NCBI GenBank assembly: GCA_002011125.2
Contig: MTMF02000009.1
Coordinates: forward strand, 1,850,286-1,914,285
Direction of reading: 5' to 3'
From: Candidatus Hydrothermarchaeum profundi
Lineage (GTDB): Archaea; Hydrothermarchaeota; Hydrothermarchaeia; Hydrothermarchaeales; Hydrothermarchaeaceae
Length of the DNA: 64,000 nucleotides
Of the stretch, positions 59,289 through 64,000 are shown in pieces (position 1 is the first letter of the stretch; each line of letters opens with the position of its first letter). Below the pieces are notes generated by a model that was not told where the DNA came from, did not search any database, and worked only from the letters and a program-made list of their open reading frames with translations. The translations under genes were made by a program, and so were the position numbers.

Positions 59289-60808
59289 GATTTGAAATGG
59301 ACGCGAGGTTCATCTGCAGTGGAAGTGTAAAGAGCGAGATTATCGATAACCTGATGAAAACCAAAGTTCCGGTACTTCTTCAGAAAGGAGCTCCTAATGG
59401 CGAAGGAGGAAAAGTGCTTTCATACTCCATTGAAGGTGATGTTATAAAGATTACACTTTCTTCAGGCAGATATGTAAGACCGCATGACGCTATAATGAGG
59501 ATTAATAAACTCCTATCAGCTGAACTTGGAAAATCTCAACACATCGGGATAAGAAAGATTGAAGTGGACCGTTATGAGATCTGGTATAATCTGACTCAAA
59601 AAGCCCTAGGAGAGATTAAACTCCCGTTTACTCGAAAAATTGAGTTCACTAATAGTGAAGCCCATATATTACTGACTGACATCGACCAAGAAGCCCTAGA
59701 AAACAAATATATAGATAGACTCCTAAAGAGACTTGAAGAAAAAATAAGGCATCAGTATACCGCAGGTAAAGGGGAGTATATCGAGACAGTTCGTAGAAGT
59801 ACACCAAAACTCCAGCAATATAGAATGCAGGAGGACCCAACGCAGGAGTTAATGAATAAAAAATGGGTACATCGATTCGGAACAGGTATTTGGACAATTC
59901 TACCCCCATATGCTGCACTGATGCGCGCTATCGAAGAGCTTATTATAGAAAAAGTTGCTAAGCCTCTAAGCTTTCAAGAGGTGTTTTTACCGAAGATAGT
60001 GCCGCTTGAAGTTCAAAGGAAGAAGGGTCAACTTGCTGGAATACCTAATGAAATATGGTGGGTCTGCCCTCCTAGATCAAGAGATCCTGCAGAATGGGAG
60101 ACATTCTCAGACTACGTAAAGATAACCGGTAAAGACGCCTCCGAAGAACTTTATAGAAACCTTGGAAGCCCGATGTTTTCTTTAGCTTATGCCCAATGCG
60201 AGCCCTTTTACGATATATGGGAAGGAAAAGTTATAGACGGCGAAAAGTTGCCCATAAAATTCATAGACAGATATGGGCCTACCTGGAGATATGAAGCAGG
60301 CGGCCTTAAGGGGTTGGAGAGATTAACTGAATTTAAAAGAATAGAGTTTACGTGGCTCGCTTCACCCGAGGAAACAGTTGAAATTAGAGATGAGGTTAGG
60401 GATAAGTGTCTCGAAATTATAGATCAGATATTCGAAATGGAGTGGAGACTAGATGCGACTACCGCCATATATTTAGAACATGCAGGAGAAAAAGTTGAGA
60501 AAGAAGAAAGGAATTACGTCAGAACATATGATTTAACGGTCCTGCTCCCATTTGAAACATCTTCTAGACCTGAAAAAGAACTTGAGATCTCAAGTTTTCA
60601 TGTGCATGAGGACTTTTACGCCAAGAATTTCCATTGGAAAGAGAAGAAGGGTAGGCCATTGTGGTCTGGTTGCGCAGGTATAAGTCCTACAAGGTGGGCT
60701 TATGTCTTTGTAATACGTCACGGTTTAGAGTTTGATGATTGGCCAAAGGAAATAAAGCAGTATATTGGAGATAAGTTGCCGAGTTTACCGGAAAATCTTT
60801 TCATGTAA
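59285..60808 (+). CDS. serS: Methanogen-type (type 2, Zn-dependent) seryl-tRNA synthetase
   Basis: SGRYVRPH N-domain, YAQCEPF, EFKRIE, WSGCAG; start at ATG 59285 overlapping pcc1. Confidence 0.9.
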   Translation: MRFEMDARFICSGSVKSEIIDNLMKTKVPVLLQKGAPNGEGGKVLSYSIEGDVIKITLSSGRYVRPHDAIMRINKLLSAELGKSQHIGIRKIEVDRYEIWYNLTQKALGEIKLPFTRKIEFTNSEAHILLTDIDQEALENKYIDRLLKRLEEKIRHQYTAGKGEYIETVRRSTPKLQQYRMQEDPTQELMNKKWVHRFGTGIWTILPPYAALMRAIEELIIEKVAKPLSFQEVFLPKIVPLEVQRKKGQLAGIPNEIWWVCPPRSRDPAEWETFSDYVKITGKDASEELYRNLGSPMFSLAYAQCEPFYDIWEGKVIDGEKLPIKFIDRYGPTWRYEAGGLKGLERLTEFKRIEFTWLASPEETVEIRDEVRDKCLEIIDQIFEMEWRLDATTAIYLEHAGEKVEKEERNYVRTYDLTVLLPFETSSRPEKELEISSFHVHEDFYAKNFHWKEKKGRPLWSGCAGISPTRWAYVFVIRHGLEFDDWPKEIKQYIGDKLPSLPENLFM

Positions 60809-61224
60809 AAGTATTTTTCTATTATTTTATTTGTAAACACAAAATTCTAAAATTTATGTGCATAATAGTTAATTATTTGCACATATATTATATATATTTG
60901 GGAATTAAAATGACAAAATGGGTTAAAAACAATGATTTAGAATACCTCTTCATGAGGAAGGAGAGGAGTTACCAAGGGTTGTCCCCACATATAACGCCAC
61001 ACCTCCCTAAACCCCCCAAACCCCTGAGAAGGAGGATTTGGAGAGCGGTACTGACTCATCCTATTTTTCTGAAATCCTCCTACAACCGCTCTCCATCCTC
61101 TTTCAAATTTAAGAAAAGTAGTTTATTCACTCTTAAAGAAAAAATAGGAGACATAAAACTTGTAGAAATAATGTATTGGAGCAAAAATAACATTAATAAC
61201 TTGAAAGAGATCTTGGGGGAATAA

Positions 61225-61725
61225 CTAGTAGGACCTGCCTACCTCATATATGAATATTCGTGGAACATCTTTTATTTCTGTCCATCCTCGAATATAAAAC
61301 TCATATGATACTACTCTTGTTCCTTGTTTCAGCTCCTTTTCTAATAACGGCGCAAGATTAGGATACATCTCGTAGCTTAAATATAGCGCCAAAACATCGC
61401 AATTTCTTACAGCATATGGCTTCTCGTTTTCATGGCCTAAATGCGCCCAGAATCTTGGAGAAAAAATATCATCACATATAATAGTCACCAGCTCTTCTAA
61501 TCCCTCTTTTTTTACCCTTTCCTCTGCCCTTTTTGCTAGTAATGGATTAATCTCTATGCCAACGCATCTTGCTTTAAATTCCCTTGCCCCAACCAGCAGG
61601 ATATTACCTTCGCCACAGCCTAAATCAAAAAGAATTTCATCTTGCTTTAAATCTACTTCCTTAAGCATCTTCTTTGCTACATCTTCTGGAGTAGGATGAT
61701 AAGGAGCCCTAGGGATACTATCCAT
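61225..61725 (-). CDS. Class I SAM-dependent methyltransferase
   Basis: APYHPTP, FDLGCGEG, GIEIN, GTRVVS; start taken at MDSIP. Confidence 0.85.
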   Translation of the reverse strand: MDSIPRAPYHPTPEDVAKKMLKEVDLKQDEILFDLGCGEGNILLVGAREFKARCVGIEINPLLAKRAEERVKKEGLEELVTIICDDIFSPRFWAHLGHENEKPYAVRNCDVLALYLSYEMYPNLAPLLEKELKQGTRVVSYEFYIRGWTEIKDVPRIFIYEVGRSY

Positions 61726-61780
61726 ACGATCGGTGCTAGGAATGATAAAATATAAATATATTTTGAATATCAAGAATTTT

Positions 61781-62131
61781 ATGCTTCGAGAAATCAACGC
61801 AATAGAACATGGCAGAAACATGTACATAAATTATACTATGGCGAACACTCATGACCTTCAGGAGGGGGACATTCTCGTAGGAGAGATTAAACGCCACTTC
61901 GATAGTCGGAGAAGATTGAAAAATGTGATTAATAAGCCCTTCGAAGTAGTGTTGAGAAGTACAAGATGGATTGAATTTGACAGAGACCTACCAGAGTTTT
62001 CCAAGTATGATATCCAAGAAGACGACTATATTGAAGTAATATTTAAAGAACTCAGACGGGGAGACGAGACAATAGAAATTTTCCCAGGCGAAAACAGGGA
62101 ATACCTTGACTTCGACCCTGATGAGGAGTAA
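61781..62131 (+). CDS. Hypothetical protein
   Basis: Acidic, protein-like ORF divergent from the methyltransferase; start taken at MLREIN. Confidence 0.55.
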   Translation: MLREINAIEHGRNMYINYTMANTHDLQEGDILVGEIKRHFDSRRRLKNVINKPFEVVLRSTRWIEFDRDLPEFSKYDIQEDDYIEVIFKELRRGDETIEIFPGENREYLDFDPDEE

Positions 62132-62144
62132 TGTACGGCTTAGA

Positions 62145-62987
62145 TTACTCGATTATTTCTTCAATTTTTTGTACTATCTCTATAAAAGCCTTTGATGAGG
62201 GAGAATCGTGCTTTAAAACAAAAGGCGTTCCATTATCACTCGTTTCAACAATCCTTGGATCAAGCGGAATTCGGCCAAGGAAAGGTACCCCATACTCTTT
62301 AGCGAGTTTCTCCCCATTCCCCGCCTTAAAAAGATTTATCTTCTCACCGCAATGAGGACACACAAGCCCGCTCATATTCTCTATTATTCCTATAACCCTG
62401 ACCCCCATCTCTCTAGACATTACAATACCTTTTCTTGCATCAAGTAAAGCTACTTCTTGGGGAGTGGTAACTGTTATCACGCCATCCATGTCATCTTTCA
62501 AGAACTGCATTATACTTAATGTCTCATCACCCGTACCAGGAGGTAGATCCACAATCAAATGATCTAACTCGCCCCAAACAACGTCTGCTAGAAACTGTTC
62601 TATCATCCCCATTATCAAGGGGCCTCTCCATATTACTGCCGATTCTTCAGTAGGCATGAGCAGAGCCATGGATATTAAGCTTATATCGCCTATTTCAGCT
62701 GGGAATATGCCCGCGGGAGTAACATTTGGAGGCATCGGCTTAATTCCTAACATCTTCGGAACATTTGGCCCGGTTATATCAGCATCCAGAATACCTACTT
62801 TGTATCCTTTTAATGCTAATGCTTGAGCTAGGTTAACTGTGACTGTGGTCTTGCCTACCCCTCCTTTTCCGCTCATAATAACTAGCTTATGCCTTATATG
62901 ACTCATCCGGCCCTTAATTGCCTCTATATTTGTTAATTCTTCAAAATCCTCCTCAGAGGGCTCATTGTATAGGTCTTTAAAATCCAT
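62145..62987 (-). CDS. Mrp/NBP35 Fe-S cluster carrier ATPase
   Basis: [26 protein letters not shown]. Confidence 0.93.
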   Translation of the reverse strand: MDFKDLYNEPSEEDFEELTNIEAIKGRMSHIRHKLVIMSGKGGVGKTTVTVNLAQALALKGYKVGILDADITGPNVPKMLGIKPMPPNVTPAGIFPAEIGDISLISMALLMPTEESAVIWRGPLIMGMIEQFLADVVWGELDHLIVDLPPGTGDETLSIMQFLKDDMDGVITVTTPQEVALLDARKGIVMSREMGVRVIGIIENMSGLVCPHCGEKINLFKAGNGEKLAKEYGVPFLGRIPLDPRIVETSDNGTPFVLKHDSPSSKAFIEIVQKIEEIIE

Positions 62988-63180
62988 CTATGTCTAAGAT
63001 ACTTACTCTTCATTAAAAAAATTTAGGAAGAAGCTTTTCTTTGTAGAGAGTTAACACAAGGATTACTGGCTTCTCATGGTGCATCTACTTTCCCCTTTAT
63101 CCCATTCTCTCTACACGGCCACATTGAAAATTAAAAATATAAATTCAGAAAATATAACGAAAAAGAAGGAGAAAAACAAA

Positions 63181-63585
63181 ATGAAACTCTCACGATTAGG
63201 AGAAGTAAAAGTCAAACAATTAATGACGAAATACATACTCATGGTACAACCAGAAATGACAGTACTAGACGCCATGGAACGCATGATAGAAAAAAACTTC
63301 AGATGCGTATTCGTTGTCAGGGAAACTCCTTACCAAGAGTTAGGGATAGTAACACGATTCGATATTATGGCAAAGGTCCTCGGAAAAGGACTAAACCCTC
63401 TAGAAGTAAGCCTAAGTGAAATACTTGAAAAAAAGATGTACTACATCGACGCAGAGAAACCAGTAAGAGAAGCGGCAGAGATAATGGGAGAAAACCAGAT
63501 CTGCCACCTACCAGTTAAAGAAAACGAGAGAGTCGTAGGAATAATTAGCAGCTCAGATATATTCAAACTATATCTAAAAAAGTAA
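63181..63585 (+). CDS. CBS-pair protein
   Basis: VKQLMT, GIVTRFDI, HLPV..VGIISSSDI. Confidence 0.85.
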   Translation: MKLSRLGEVKVKQLMTKYILMVQPEMTVLDAMERMIEKNFRCVFVVRETPYQELGIVTRFDIMAKVLGKGLNPLEVSLSEILEKKMYYIDAEKPVREAAEIMGENQICHLPVKENERVVGIISSSDIFKLYLKK

Positions 63586-63634
63586 GCTTACATAAGCCTA
63601 GCCGATCTAACGCCTATTCCAACAAGCTTTCAGA

Positions 63635-64000
<366 letters not shown>

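Noticed and set aside
60856-61224. 122-aa + strand ORF
   Set aside because: No motif, AT-rich and low-complexity ends; the region is better explained as structured non-coding DNA
863-62355. Numerous short track ORFs antisense to or nested in well-supported genes (e.g. 1732..2301, 10588..11178, 31214..31750, 48645..49142)
   Set aside because: Shadow ORFs with no motifs

Overview
Archaeal chromosomal window (Hel308, Cdc6, TFE, aTrm56, archaeal TGT, rpS15, Pcc1, methanogen-type SerRS, 2 tRNAs, 3' end of 23S rRNA) with F420/H4MPT C1 genes (mtd, cofG, cofH, metVF). The gene set suggests a relative of the methanogen lineages, possibly Hydrothermarchaeota; this is inference only. The main content is a complete set of amber (TAG)-interrupted, pyrrolysine-type methylamine methyltransferases (mtbB, mtmB, mttB), each split by the ORF track. 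They come with three cognate corrinoid proteins, RamA, an Amt-type and an NCS1-type permease, and a nearby cobalt/nickel ECF importer. No mtbA/mtaA, mcr or pyl genes are visible in the window. Inside the mtb/mtm cluster a MoxR AAA+ gene continues across an A9 run into a -1-frame vWA gene, a candidate programmed frameshift giving a 594-aa fusion. Other signals: a PYLIS-like hairpin after the mtmB amber codon, frequent ordinary TAG stops despite apparent Pyl decoding, short leader ORFs on the methylamine operons, an HdrED-like/CMD/DsrE/TusA sulfur-relay cluster, a histidine-kinase-free multi-PAS regulator, structured intergenic RNA candidates, a decayed vapBC pair and an enlarged 23S helix-98 region. 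All calls were made by eye from motifs; no database search was run.
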